24,721 bases of DNA, taken from assembly GCA_044342325.1 (NCBI GenBank), contig JBIIPZ010000040.1, positions 1 to 24,721 of the forward strand, read 5' to 3'. This DNA comes from Terrimicrobiaceae bacterium (lineage in GTDB: Bacteria; Verrucomicrobiota; Verrucomicrobiia; Chthoniobacterales; Terrimicrobiaceae). Under the pieces are notes generated by a model that made no database searches, was not told the origin of the DNA, and was given only the letters and a program-made list of their open reading frames with translations. Below, in pieces: positions 9,041-17,341 of this stretch (the first letter of the stretch is position 1; every line of letters begins with the position of its first letter). The position numbers were made by a program, and so were the translations under genes.

Positions 9041-9768
9041 AAGTTTCTTTGGGCGATGACAAGCAAGCCACGGAGAGTGAGAAGCGGGTCTACGATATCG
9101 AAGAGACCGACGCGCCCCGCAATGAGTTCCGCATCCCCGCCGGTGGCAATGATGCGGGGGCGATTTTGGGGAAAGGTCTCCGAGCGGATTTGGGCGAGAA
9201 TTTCCTTCACCAGCCCGCGGTAGCCATGGACCGCACCGGATAGCATGGCATCCCTCGTTGAGCGCCCGACGGCGCTGGAGGGTTCGCGGAGTTTGATATT
9301 CGGGAGCAGGGCTGTGCGGTCATGCAGGTAGCTGGTCATGGCATTCAAACCCGGGGCGATGACACCTCCGATGTAGTCGCCCGCTTGGGAAATAACATCG
9401 AAGGTCACAGCCGTGCCAAAATCGACCACGATACCAGGGAATCCGTGCAGTGCGGCGCAAGCGGCGGCATTGGCCAGACGATCCGCCCCTATCGATCTGG
9501 GCGAGGGATAATCAATGCCAACGCCGAGATCCAGCGCGGCACCGACTTCGAGCACTCGGGCGAATGCGGCATGGATCACAGGGTTTTTGGAAGGGACGAC
9601 TGAGGAAAGGACAACGGCCTCGATTTGTTTGGAAGGATACAGCGCCAGAATCTGCGCGGCATCCAGCGAGGGGGTTGGCAGGCGCTTCACGCGGGAAATG
9701 GAATCGCCAACGACAAGGCATGTCTTGGTGAAAGAATTGCTGATGTCGATGAGGAGGATTTTTTTCAT
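9037..9768 (-). CDS. coaX: type III pantothenate kinase
   Basis: IDISNSFTK, SSVVP, IGADR, VDFGTA, GGVIAPG, TALLP, ATGG. Confidence 0.95.
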   Translation of the reverse strand: MKKILLIDISNSFTKTCLVVGDSISRVKRLPTPSLDAAQILALYPSKQIEAVVLSSVVPSKNPVIHAAFARVLEVGAALDLGVGIDYPSPRSIGADRLANAAACAALHGFPGIVVDFGTAVTFDVISQAGDYIGGVIAPGLNAMTSYLHDRTALLPNIKLREPSSAVGRSTRDAMLSGAVHGYRGLVKEILAQIRSETFPQNRPRIIATGGDAELIAGRVGLFDIVDPLLTLRGLLVIAQRNL

Positions 9769-11075
9769 GCCTCAATTTCAGGAGCGCCCTTCGCAACGAC
9801 TGCAGCAATCACCAGGTCGCCGGAGACATTTAGAGCGGTGCGACACATGTCCAAAAACCGGTCGATACCGAGAATGATCGCTATGGCATCCGGCGGAACA
9901 TTGATCGCAAGAAGAACACCCACGACCAAGGGAAGCGACCCCCCGGGCACACCGGCTGTGCCGATACCTGCCATGACGCACATGAGGGCGACGACGATTT
10001 GTTGGGTGAGCGTCAGATCGACTCCGAAAACCTGCGCGAGAAAGAGAACTGTGACTCCCTCGTAAAGGGCGGTGCCATTCTGGTTCGCGCTGGCGCCGAC
10101 CGTCAGGACAAAGCGGGCGATGCGAGGAGGAATTGCGAGATTTTTCTCAGCGACCCGGAGGGCCACTGGCAGTGTGGCATTGCTGGAGGATGTGCTGAAG
10201 GCGGTGATGATCGCCTCCTTGGCATCGATCAAAAAACGCAGAGGAGAACGGCCCGCGAAAAAGCGGAGCGTGAGGGGATAGACAACAAACTGTTGGATCG
10301 CCAAGCCGAGCAGCACGACGCCCACATAGATTCCCAGGGTGCGAAACAGGTCCAAGCCGAGCCGCGCGGCAACCGCGAAGGCCAGACACGCGACTCCAAA
10401 AGGGGCAAAGCGCAGAGCGAAACCGATGATCACCATGGAAACCTCGAACATGCCCTCGAAGAATCCCCTTAGCGTGGCAGTGCGCTCGCGGGGAGCGATA
10501 GTGAGTGCCACGCCAACGAACAGGCTGAAAACCATGACTGCAAGGAGACCGCCGCCTTTGTTTTCAGGATTGAAGGCATTCACCGCCTCGGCCAACGGGT
10601 TTTCAGGAATGAAGTTGAGGAGGGTGGTGGCGACGGATTGAGATTGGCTGCCCCGCTCGATACTTTTTTGGGAGGCTCCAGAGTAAGTTTGCACGAGAGA
10701 CTGGCGACTTTCCGCCGAGAGCGAGCGCCCCGGCTCGATGAGATTTACGAGACCAAGCGCTATTCCAACGCTCGCCGCTGAGAGCGCGAATGTGGCGATG
10801 AGTGCACGCCACCCCACCCTGCCGAGGGTTCGGACATCTCCCATTTCCATGGTTCCAATCACGATGGCGGAAAGGATCAGCGGTATGACCACCATGAAAA
10901 TAATTCGCAGAAAAATGCGACCGGCGGGCTGGATCACCTGATCGATCCACCAATTCAGTGAAGGCTGGGCTGACTCGGGCAGCGCGGCGCTGGCGGCAAG
11001 CCCGAGAACAAGCCCGAGAATCAATCCGCCAAGGATACGCGCGGCCTGTGATCTTGAGGCCGCAGATTCAGGCAT
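9765..11075 (-). CDS. dicarboxylate/amino acid:cation symporter (DAACS, GltP-like)
   Basis: TAFSTSSSNATLP, NQNGTALYE, GTAGVPG, IDRFLDMCRTALNVSGD; multiple TM helices. Start ATG 11075; the track uses TTG 11081. Confidence 0.94.
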   Translation of the reverse strand: MPESAASRSQAARILGGLILGLVLGLAASAALPESAQPSLNWWIDQVIQPAGRIFLRIIFMVVIPLILSAIVIGTMEMGDVRTLGRVGWRALIATFALSAASVGIALGLVNLIEPGRSLSAESRQSLVQTYSGASQKSIERGSQSQSVATTLLNFIPENPLAEAVNAFNPENKGGGLLAVMVFSLFVGVALTIAPRERTATLRGFFEGMFEVSMVIIGFALRFAPFGVACLAFAVAARLGLDLFRTLGIYVGVVLLGLAIQQFVVYPLTLRFFAGRSPLRFLIDAKEAIITAFSTSSSNATLPVALRVAEKNLAIPPRIARFVLTVGASANQNGTALYEGVTVLFLAQVFGVDLTLTQQIVVALMCVMAGIGTAGVPGGSLPLVVGVLLAINVPPDAIAIILGIDRFLDMCRTALNVSGDLVIAAVVAKGAPEIEA

Positions 11076-11077
11076 GA

Positions 11078-11542
11078 TCAACGGGAGAGGTCACCTTGGG
11101 TGAGGAGCTTGAAGCTTTCCCCAAGTAGGACGGAAGTGGCGCACTCGATGTCATCCACATGCAAGGCGAGCACGGCACGACCGCGAGGACGCACCAAAAG
11201 CGGGTAGCTGAAGTGGACATTCACTTCTGCCATGAGAAGGGCGGCCAACAGCTTCGAGAGGTCGCCGGGACCATCGGCCAACTCGACGACCATGAGCTCG
11301 CAGGAGCTGTGCGGAATATTGTGTTCGCAAAAAAGCTCCTCTGTGCGGTCGGGATCACTGACGATGATTCGACTGATCGCGGACTCGTAGGATTCCGCAA
11401 TGCTGAGTGCCAGAACGATGATGTTGTTCTCATCAAGCAGGCGCACGATTTCGAGAAGCGCACCGACTTTATTTTGAAGAAAAACGGAAAACTGGCGCAC
11501 TTGTGGACTATTCAGCTTTTCGGTGGTGGATGCGGCGGCCAT
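11078..11542 (-). CDS. tandem ACT-domain protein
   Basis: QFSVFLQNKVGAL...ALSIAES, second repeat DGPGDL...EVNVHFSYPLL. Start ATG 11542 follows the upstream stop at 11550. Confidence 0.85.
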   Translation of the reverse strand: MAAASTTEKLNSPQVRQFSVFLQNKVGALLEIVRLLDENNIIVLALSIAESYESAISRIIVSDPDRTEELFCEHNIPHSSCELMVVELADGPGDLSKLLAALLMAEVNVHFSYPLLVRPRGRAVLALHVDDIECATSVLLGESFKLLTQGDLSR

Positions 11543-11549
11543 AGCGATA

Positions 11550-12014
11550 TTACTTGTAGGAGTATACCATACAGGTGTCGGCTTTGTCACCTTCTGTCAT
11601 GACAATGCGGATGAAATACCTGCCGCTGCGAATCACGGAAATGCCAGCAGTGGAGCACGAGGAATCCCCCGAGTATTCTTGCCCTGTGGGATAGCCCCAG
11701 GTGTCGAAAATCGACAACCTCAATTGCGAGAAGGCATCCGAATTTGCCGCTGAGAACCTGTAGTCATTTCCGGCAAAAAGAAAGACTTCTAGAAGGACCG
11801 GTTCGGCCTTGGCGAGGGTGCCGGACCAGAAGCCATCGTGGACTTGATAGCCCTCGCCTTCATTTCCCGCCGCGAGTTCCAGCGCAAGGCTGCGTGGGCT
11901 TTTGTCATGAGCATTCCAATCAAGCGGAGAGGAATTCGCAGGAGTAGACTTGTCCTCCTGGGCGTGGGCCATAGCGACAAGGGAGAACGCAAAAAGAAGT
12001 ATCCGCGCTTTCAT
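11550..12014 (-). CDS. exported hypothetical protein, possible PPC-like beta-sandwich
   Basis: Signal peptide (AHA|Q). Beta-strand pattern GNDYRFSAA...LSIFDTWG...SGRYFIRIV. 4-bp overlap with the upstream gene. Confidence 0.75.
   Translation of the reverse strand: MKARILLFAFSLVAMAHAQEDKSTPANSSPLDWNAHDKSPRSLALELAAGNEGEGYQVHDGFWSGTLAKAEPVLLEVFLFAGNDYRFSAANSDAFSQLRLSIFDTWGYPTGQEYSGDSSCSTAGISVIRSGRYFIRIVMTEGDKADTCMVYSYK
11561..11590 (-). promoter_or_regulatory. possible internal promoter upstream of the ACT gene
   Basis: GTGACA-18 nt-TATACT with extended -10 (TGG TATACT), inside the 3' end of the upstream CDS. Confidence 0.35.
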
Positions 12015-12820
12015 TTTTTAGAATCCACATCCGCTGCAGCGGCGGTGATAGCGGACATGGTTGAGGCAATGCTCTGGACGGCCGACGGGGGCAGGGAGGA
12101 ATTGGACTGGGACATCAGAGCTGATGCGGTGTGCAGGCCTTCAGAGAGGTGTTTGACGATGGGCTGTTTTTTCGAATTTTCGGGGAGATTCTCGACCCGA
12201 CTCAGGATGCGCGTGGCTATTTCAGGCTGAACCAGCAACGCGGCGGATGAGGTATTTTCATCACTGGCAAGGAGGTTCGATGCCATATCCATCTGACGAA
12301 CCCACGAACCGGCCATGGCCAAAACGACCAAGGGACTGTCCTTTTGCTCCAGCAGACAGAGTCGAATATCATTCTGCATGGCATCCAACTCCTCGCGAAG
12401 GCGACTCCAATTTCCAGCATCGGCAAAGTCGGATATACTCTGACTACGGGCAACGATTTGTTGGCTCACATTGAGCTTTTTGGCGAGAAGGAGAGTGTCG
12501 CGGGCGGTGTTTTTTACGCTCTGCCCGTCCTGAGCCTCGATCGCCATGAAGCCGTCGGCTGCGAGCATTCCAAGTTGCAGGGCTATGTGCTCGCGGTCTG
12601 ATGTGGAAGCCGCAACAGACGGGCGAAGAAGCTTGCTCCAATTCGGTTGGCATTGCTTGTCAACGGCGAGAAAAAACTCCCCAGGCGTGGGAATGGAGAC
12701 GGTGTCGAGGAACGAGGCATCGCGCATTTGCTCGGGAGTGAGGCGTTCCGCTGTTGCGTGCAGGCCCAACGGAGCAGCGATAAGGAGCAGTGCAGCTGTT
12801 CGGAGATTCTTCGAAAGCAT
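12011..12820 (-). CDS. exported hypothetical alpha-helical protein
   Basis: Signal peptide, 269-aa ORF, amphipathic helical pattern, own promoter, coupled to the downstream gene. Confidence 0.8.
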   Translation of the reverse strand: MLSKNLRTAALLLIAAPLGLHATAERLTPEQMRDASFLDTVSIPTPGEFFLAVDKQCQPNWSKLLRPSVAASTSDREHIALQLGMLAADGFMAIEAQDGQSVKNTARDTLLLAKKLNVSQQIVARSQSISDFADAGNWSRLREELDAMQNDIRLCLLEQKDSPLVVLAMAGSWVRQMDMASNLLASDENTSSAALLVQPEIATRILSRVENLPENSKKQPIVKHLSEGLHTASALMSQSNSSLPPSAVQSIASTMSAITAAAADVDSKK

Positions 12821-12825
12821 GAGGA

Positions 12826-12854
12826 AACTTACACCCCCATTGGAAACTTATCAA
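12826..12854 (-). promoter_or_regulatory. sigma70-like promoter, leaderless geometry
   Basis: TTGATA-17 nt-TAAGTT-5 nt-ATG(12820). Confidence 0.6.
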
Positions 12855-12912
12855 AGCCTCAAAACAACGAGGCCGACAGCGCATTGAATCGAAACCTGTC
12901 CTGATGGTCCGC

Positions 12913-12942
12913 TTGACAGAGTCAACCGGACGCGAATAGATC
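12913..12942 (+). promoter_or_regulatory. sigma70-like promoter with palindromic -35 region
   Basis: Consensus TTGACA at 12913 within the inverted repeat TTGAC-aga-GTCAA. Weak -10 (ATAGAT/TAGATC) 5-6 nt before GTG 12948. Confidence 0.45.
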
Positions 12943-12947
12943 ACCGC

Positions 12948-13487
12948 GTGAAAAATTCCATTATCTCCGCATTGGCACTTCTGACATTTGTAAGCACAGG
13001 TTTTTGCTATCCCGCAAAAGAATTGCGGGAGAACTCTCAACATGCGCTGCAAAAACTGTATCGCCACAATACCGGCGCGAAAGTTCTGGGTGAAAAAGCT
13101 CTGGCCGTGCTTGTTTTTCCCGAAGTTTACAAAGCAGGTTTTATTTTCGGCGCTCAGCGTGGTGACGGCGTTCTCTTCGAAGGTGGAAAAGCAGTCGGCT
13201 ACTACAACACCACGGCGGCTTCTTACGGGTTTCAAGCGGGAGTGGAAAAATTCTCCTACGCACTCTTCTTTATGGACAAGGCCTCACTGAACTACCTCCG
13301 CAAGTCCAATGGATTCGAGCTTGGCGGAGTGCCAAACCTCGTCGTGGCCGACAAGGGATTTTACAAAACGTTTTCTACAACGACCCTGCAGAAGGGTGTC
13401 TATGCCTTCTTTTTCAGCCAGGAAGGCCTCATGGCCGGAATCAGCCTCCAAGGCACAAAGGTCTCAAAATTTACGCCGAGCAAATAA
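12948..13487 (+). CDS. YSC84/SYLF-domain exported protein (putative lipid binding)
   Basis: AVLVFPEVYKAGFIFGAQRGDGVL, ASYGFQAG, GLMAGISLQGTKV; N-terminal signal; GTG start. Confidence 0.9.
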   Translation: MKNSIISALALLTFVSTGFCYPAKELRENSQHALQKLYRHNTGAKVLGEKALAVLVFPEVYKAGFIFGAQRGDGVLFEGGKAVGYYNTTAASYGFQAGVEKFSYALFFMDKASLNYLRKSNGFELGGVPNLVVADKGFYKTFSTTTLQKGVYAFFFSQEGLMAGISLQGTKVSKFTPSK

Positions 13488-13504
13488 GTTTGTTTTTGAG
13501 CTGT

Positions 13505-13533
13505 TGCCCCCCCCGTTTGATTGCGGGGGGGCA
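13505..13533. terminator. GC-rich hairpin between convergent genes
   Basis: TGCCCCCCCCG-tttgattg-CGGGGGGGCA between stops at 13487 (+) and 13538 (-). No clear U-tract on either strand. Confidence 0.5.
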
Positions 13534-13537
13534 TGCA

Positions 13538-14797
13538 TTACTCTTCAAAGAGAACCTCGCGCATGAGGCTGTAGATTTTCGTGTTGTCGAAGCTTCCCTT
13601 AACCTCATCTGCATTTTTGCCTGCCGCGCGGACGAGAATCCCGCCAGATGCGTCGCTGAGTGTGCCCCAAGTGATGACAAAGGGATGCACCACGCCTGAT
13701 CGGTCGGGTTTAGAAAGGAATGGTTGGCCATCGGGAGTAAGACCGTAAGGGGCGCCGTTGGTGTCCTTGCCGCTTGAGGCTTTGGCAAGGAGGTCGGGTT
13801 TCGGTGGGAAGCCCAGGACATCCATGGCACCAGCCGAACTGTCGGCGGCGGTGATGAGTAAGGTCTCAGGGTGTTTTTCGATAAAGTCCAGAACGGTTCC
13901 GAAGGCATCGTCAGCGCGCTTCAGAGCGTCAAGGACACCTGGAGCATTATTGAAATTCGCGAAGTTATCCGATCCCTCCTCCTCCACGACGAGAAAGAAA
14001 GGCCCGGGAGCGAGAACACGAAGGGCTGCTGCGGTCATTTCCTGAAGGGTGGGAGCCTCGGGGGCATAGGTCGGCAAGCCGAGCGCCTTCAGCTTGTCCG
14101 CCTCCATATCGTTGAAGGTGTCCTGCTCGGCAAAAATGCCGAGGAGTTTCTTTGTGTCGGCGGACACGGACTGAAGCTCGGTGCGATTGAAGACAACAGT
14201 GTAGCCATTTTTTTTAGCTTCTTCGATGAGGTCGCGTCCGTCGCTTCGTTTGCCCGACTTCACATGACGGCCCGCTTTGGAGGGCGGGAGAAACCACTCC
14301 TCCCCACCGCTAAGAATGACATCAACTCCCGATTCAACGACCTGCGCGGTGATTTGTTCGTAGTCATCCCTTTTGGCAGTGCTGGCTACGAAGCAGGCCG
14401 TGCCGGGTTCAATGATGCTACCGGAGTTTACAAGACCCGTCCGCACACCGCGCCTCATAGCTTCGTGCATGAGACTGCCTTGATCACCGTTCGCAGCTTT
14501 CGGGCGCGAGGCGGATTTTCCATCCGTGCCGAATGCGGCGGATGGAACCTTGATGCCATACGCATGGGAGGTCGCCCCGCCGTTCGATGTCGCGGAAAGC
14601 GAATCCGCCATGTGGCCTCGATAGACGGCGATATGCGGTATGCGGTCCCAGTTGAGTTCCGCGTCTGGCCCTGCCCAATAAAAACGGGCGGCCTGCCAGT
14701 TTGCAACGCCGGCGCCATCAGGGTGGATGAAGATGACATTGTTGGCGGAGGCGTGCGCACAAATGGCGAGCAGGGATAAAAGAATGGGTCTAAACAT
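13538..14797 (-). CDS. exported alkaline phosphatase, PhoA fold, atypical metal ligands
   Basis: NVIFIHPDG, ATSNGGATSHAYGIK, GVRTGLV, VDVILSGG, GYTVV, KKLLGIF, PTLQEMTAAAL, FFLVVEEEGSD, TLLITAADS, FDNTKIY; Sec signal ASA|N. Confidence 0.88.
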   Translation of the reverse strand: MFRPILLSLLAICAHASANNVIFIHPDGAGVANWQAARFYWAGPDAELNWDRIPHIAVYRGHMADSLSATSNGGATSHAYGIKVPSAAFGTDGKSASRPKAANGDQGSLMHEAMRRGVRTGLVNSGSIIEPGTACFVASTAKRDDYEQITAQVVESGVDVILSGGEEWFLPPSKAGRHVKSGKRSDGRDLIEEAKKNGYTVVFNRTELQSVSADTKKLLGIFAEQDTFNDMEADKLKALGLPTYAPEAPTLQEMTAAALRVLAPGPFFLVVEEEGSDNFANFNNAPGVLDALKRADDAFGTVLDFIEKHPETLLITAADSSAGAMDVLGFPPKPDLLAKASSGKDTNGAPYGLTPDGQPFLSKPDRSGVVHPFVITWGTLSDASGGILVRAAGKNADEVKGSFDNTKIYSLMREVLFEE

Positions 14798-14864
14798 GGA
14801 CGGGAATCAAAGAGCGGAGCGGCCAATCAGACAATCAACGATTCGTGACATTTCCGTTTCAAAC

Positions 14865-14893
14865 TTGCTTTATGCAGTCTTTCCCTCCAGCTT
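14865..14893 (+). promoter_or_regulatory. sigma70-like promoter, leaderless geometry
   Basis: TTGCTT-17 nt-CAGCTT-7 nt-ATG(14901). Confidence 0.45.
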
Positions 14894-14900
14894 TCGCGCC

Positions 14901-15278
14901 ATGCCAACACTAGCAATTGTTTTTGGAATCATTCTCGATGCGATGGGATTTGGAGCCTATGTGGCCACGGGCGCCCATAGCGTGACAGCGCTTATTCCCG
15001 CCTTTTTTGGAACGATCATTTTTCTCTGCGGGCTGCTCTCGGTCTTTATTCCTAAAATCCGCATGCATCTCATGCATGTGGCGGCTTTGGTAGGCTTGCT
15101 CGGCACGCTGGGCGGTCTGGGCATGGGTCTTCCGAAGCTGGGAGCGCTGATTGCTGGAACGGCAGAGCGTCCGCTTGCATCCGGAATGCAGATTGCCATG
15201 GGAGTAGTCTGCCTGGTGTTTCTCGTGCTCTGCGTGAAGTCGTTTATCGACGCGCGCCGTGCCCGCAAGTCTGAGTAA
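14901..15278 (+). CDS. small integral membrane protein (about 4 TM)
   Basis: Four hydrophobic stretches, SVTALIPAFFG, MHLMHVAA, basic C-tail SFIDARRARK. Start ATG 14901; the longer track ORF overlaps the phosphatase. Confidence 0.8.
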   Translation: MPTLAIVFGIILDAMGFGAYVATGAHSVTALIPAFFGTIIFLCGLLSVFIPKIRMHLMHVAALVGLLGTLGGLGMGLPKLGALIAGTAERPLASGMQIAMGVVCLVFLVLCVKSFIDARRARKSE

Positions 15279-15281
15279 GAC

Positions 15282-16190
15282 TCAATCGACCAACAAGGCA
15301 GCGCCAAACACACCAGCGCTGTCCCCGAGGATGGGAGGGAGGATGCGGGTTCGAAGTTCTTGGTTGAAAATGTGGGCCAGCACGCACTCCCTCGTTCGAG
15401 GCTCGTAGAGCAAAGGAATGTTTCCGACGCCGCCTCCGAGAACGATGGCATCTGGATCCAAAATATTGATGACTGCAGCGATGGACTCCGCGAACTTCTC
15501 GCGCAGGCGCTCGAGAGTTTGGATAGCAAGTTTTTCGCCTGCTTGGGCACGAAGGGAAATTTCCGGCAAGCGAACGGCATCGCCACCCTGCTCGCGGTAG
15601 AAACGCTCCAAGGATGGACCGGCTATGACGCCTTCGATGCAGCCGGAGCGACCACAGTAGCAGGGGTGGGATTCTCCACGAAGCGGGTTGTGCCCCCACT
15701 CGCCGCCGATTCCGTGTAAGCCGGGGAGAATGCGACCATTCACAACGACCCCACCGCCGACGCCTGTTCCGAGGATGACTCCAAATACCACGCCCGCACC
15801 GGCTGCTGCTCCGATTAGGGCTTCCGCGAGAGCAAAGCAGTTGGCGTCATTTGCCATCAAAATCTGGCTACCGGTTAAGCGCTCCAAATCCTGAAGGATC
15901 GGCTGATCGTTCAAGCAGGTTGTGTTGGAGTTTTTCAGTCTGCCGGTGGATGGCTCCATCGCACCGGGGGTGCCGATTCCGATCTTGGGTGGACGAGTCA
16001 GGCCCGAAGCCGACTCCAAGTCGGCAATGACTCCCTCTATTTGAGAAAGAATGTGTTCGTAACCAAGGGATGCACCGGTTTCGCGACGGAGGCGAAAAAG
16101 GGCTTCTGCCGGGCGAGAAGAGTCCATGATGACTCCCTCGATCTTGGTTCCTCCCAGATCAATGCCCCATTTATGCGAGGCGCAGGTCAC
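15282..16190 (-). CDS. ROK family sugar kinase (Mak/fructokinase-like)
   Basis: GIDLGGTKIE, NDANCFALAEA, LGTGVGGG, GEWGH, CYCGRSGCIE, LDPDAIVLGGG, GDSAGVFGAA; no N-terminal HTH. Confidence 0.93.
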   Translation of the reverse strand: MTCASHKWGIDLGGTKIEGVIMDSSRPAEALFRLRRETGASLGYEHILSQIEGVIADLESASGLTRPPKIGIGTPGAMEPSTGRLKNSNTTCLNDQPILQDLERLTGSQILMANDANCFALAEALIGAAAGAGVVFGVILGTGVGGGVVVNGRILPGLHGIGGEWGHNPLRGESHPCYCGRSGCIEGVIAGPSLERFYREQGGDAVRLPEISLRAQAGEKLAIQTLERLREKFAESIAAVINILDPDAIVLGGGVGNIPLLYEPRTRECVLAHIFNQELRTRILPPILGDSAGVFGAALLVD

Positions 16191-17284
16191 GCCGAAACGC
16201 GCATTGGCATGATCACATAGAGAAACGGTGTCTGGATTTTAAGAACACCGGGACTCATTTCATCGATCAATTCGAGGTAAACCTCGTCATTCGGTAGGCT
16301 GCGAAGCGGGTCCATGAGGAACTCGGGATTAAACGCGATCGCAATGTCGCGCCCACGGTAGTTGACGGACATGGATTCCTTGGCCTCACCGACTTCAGGA
16401 GTGGTGGCCGTGATATCGAGATTGTTTTTTGTGAAGGAAAGGCGGAGCGAACTGGTCTTGTCGCTGCTGAGCAGGGAGACGCGGCGAACGCAATTCAGAA
16501 GGGCCTCGCGCTCGAGCGGAATGCGCTCTTTGGCCTCACCTGGGATGACCTGGCGGTAGTTCGGATAATTGCCTTCCACGAGTTTTGATACCAATTGAGA
16601 ACCGTTCAACTGGAAGGAAACCAAATTACTGGAGCTGGAAATGACGACATCGCCCTCGTCTCCGAGCAGGCGCTGGAGTTCCGTCACGGCCTTTGTCGGA
16701 AGTATAAAATCGCGCTCGTTGCTCTTCGGAAACTCCAACTCGCTTTCAAATAGCGCCAGACGGCGACCATCAGTAGCGACAAGGGTAAGCTTGTTTTCCG
16801 TGAGAGAAAAAAGAATTCCATTGAGAACATAACGCGCCTCATCACTGGAAATGGCGTAGGAAGTCTTGCGCAAGCCGTCTTTGAGTTCGGCTTGTTTCAT
16901 GGTGAGGGAACTGGACTCTTCGAAATGCGGGAAGGCAGGATACTCCTCCTTGGGAAGACCGAAGATTTTGAAAAAACTCGAACCGCAGCGAATGGAGGCC
17001 GCGTTTTTTGCATCCACTTCGATGATGACTTCGGAGTTCATCAACTCGCGGATGATCGAAACGAGCTTTCTGGCCGGTATGGTGATCGCGCCTGTCTTTT
17101 CGACTCTGGCTTCGACACGGCAGCGGATGCCCACATTCAGGTCGGTGGTAGTGAGGGTGAGGCCGGTCTCATCGGCCTCCAGGAGTGCGTTGGTGAGAAT
17201 CGGGAGCGTCGGGCGTGTGCTGACGACATTCTGGATGCGTTGCAATCCTTCGAGCAGGGCTTCTTTGGTGACTGCGATCTTCAT
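16187..17284 (-). CDS. dnaN: DNA polymerase III beta sliding clamp
   Basis: TLPILTN, VATDGRRLA, KLVEGNYPNYRQVIP, IAFNPEFLMD, YVIMPMR. Confidence 0.98.
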   Translation of the reverse strand: MKIAVTKEALLEGLQRIQNVVSTRPTLPILTNALLEADETGLTLTTTDLNVGIRCRVEARVEKTGAITIPARKLVSIIRELMNSEVIIEVDAKNAASIRCGSSFFKIFGLPKEEYPAFPHFEESSSLTMKQAELKDGLRKTSYAISSDEARYVLNGILFSLTENKLTLVATDGRRLALFESELEFPKSNERDFILPTKAVTELQRLLGDEGDVVISSSSNLVSFQLNGSQLVSKLVEGNYPNYRQVIPGEAKERIPLEREALLNCVRRVSLLSSDKTSSLRLSFTKNNLDITATTPEVGEAKESMSVNYRGRDIAIAFNPEFLMDPLRSLPNDEVYLELIDEMSPGVLKIQTPFLYVIMPMRVSA

Positions 17285-17297
17285 TTGGTTGCGTGGA

Positions 17298-17326
17298 TGT
17301 TTAGAGAGAGGAAAAGCCTATGTCAA
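17298..17326 (-). promoter_or_regulatory. sigma70-like promoter for dnaN
   Basis: TTGACA-17 nt-TAAACA, 13 nt before ATG 17284. Confidence 0.65.
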
Positions 17327-17341
17327 CGAGGTAGAGAAACA

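Noticed and set aside
9730..9750. CoaX phosphate-1 motif DISNS instead of DIGNT
   Set aside because: All other PanK-III motifs are intact; most likely a lineage variant rather than inactivation.
13871..14779. 302-aa plus-strand ORF
   Set aside because: Antisense to the alkaline phosphatase; no independent evidence.
17285..17341. Possible replication origin next to dnaN
   Set aside because: Only 57 bp, with no TTATCCACA-like box cluster or AT-rich unwinding element; it is explained by the dnaN promoter.
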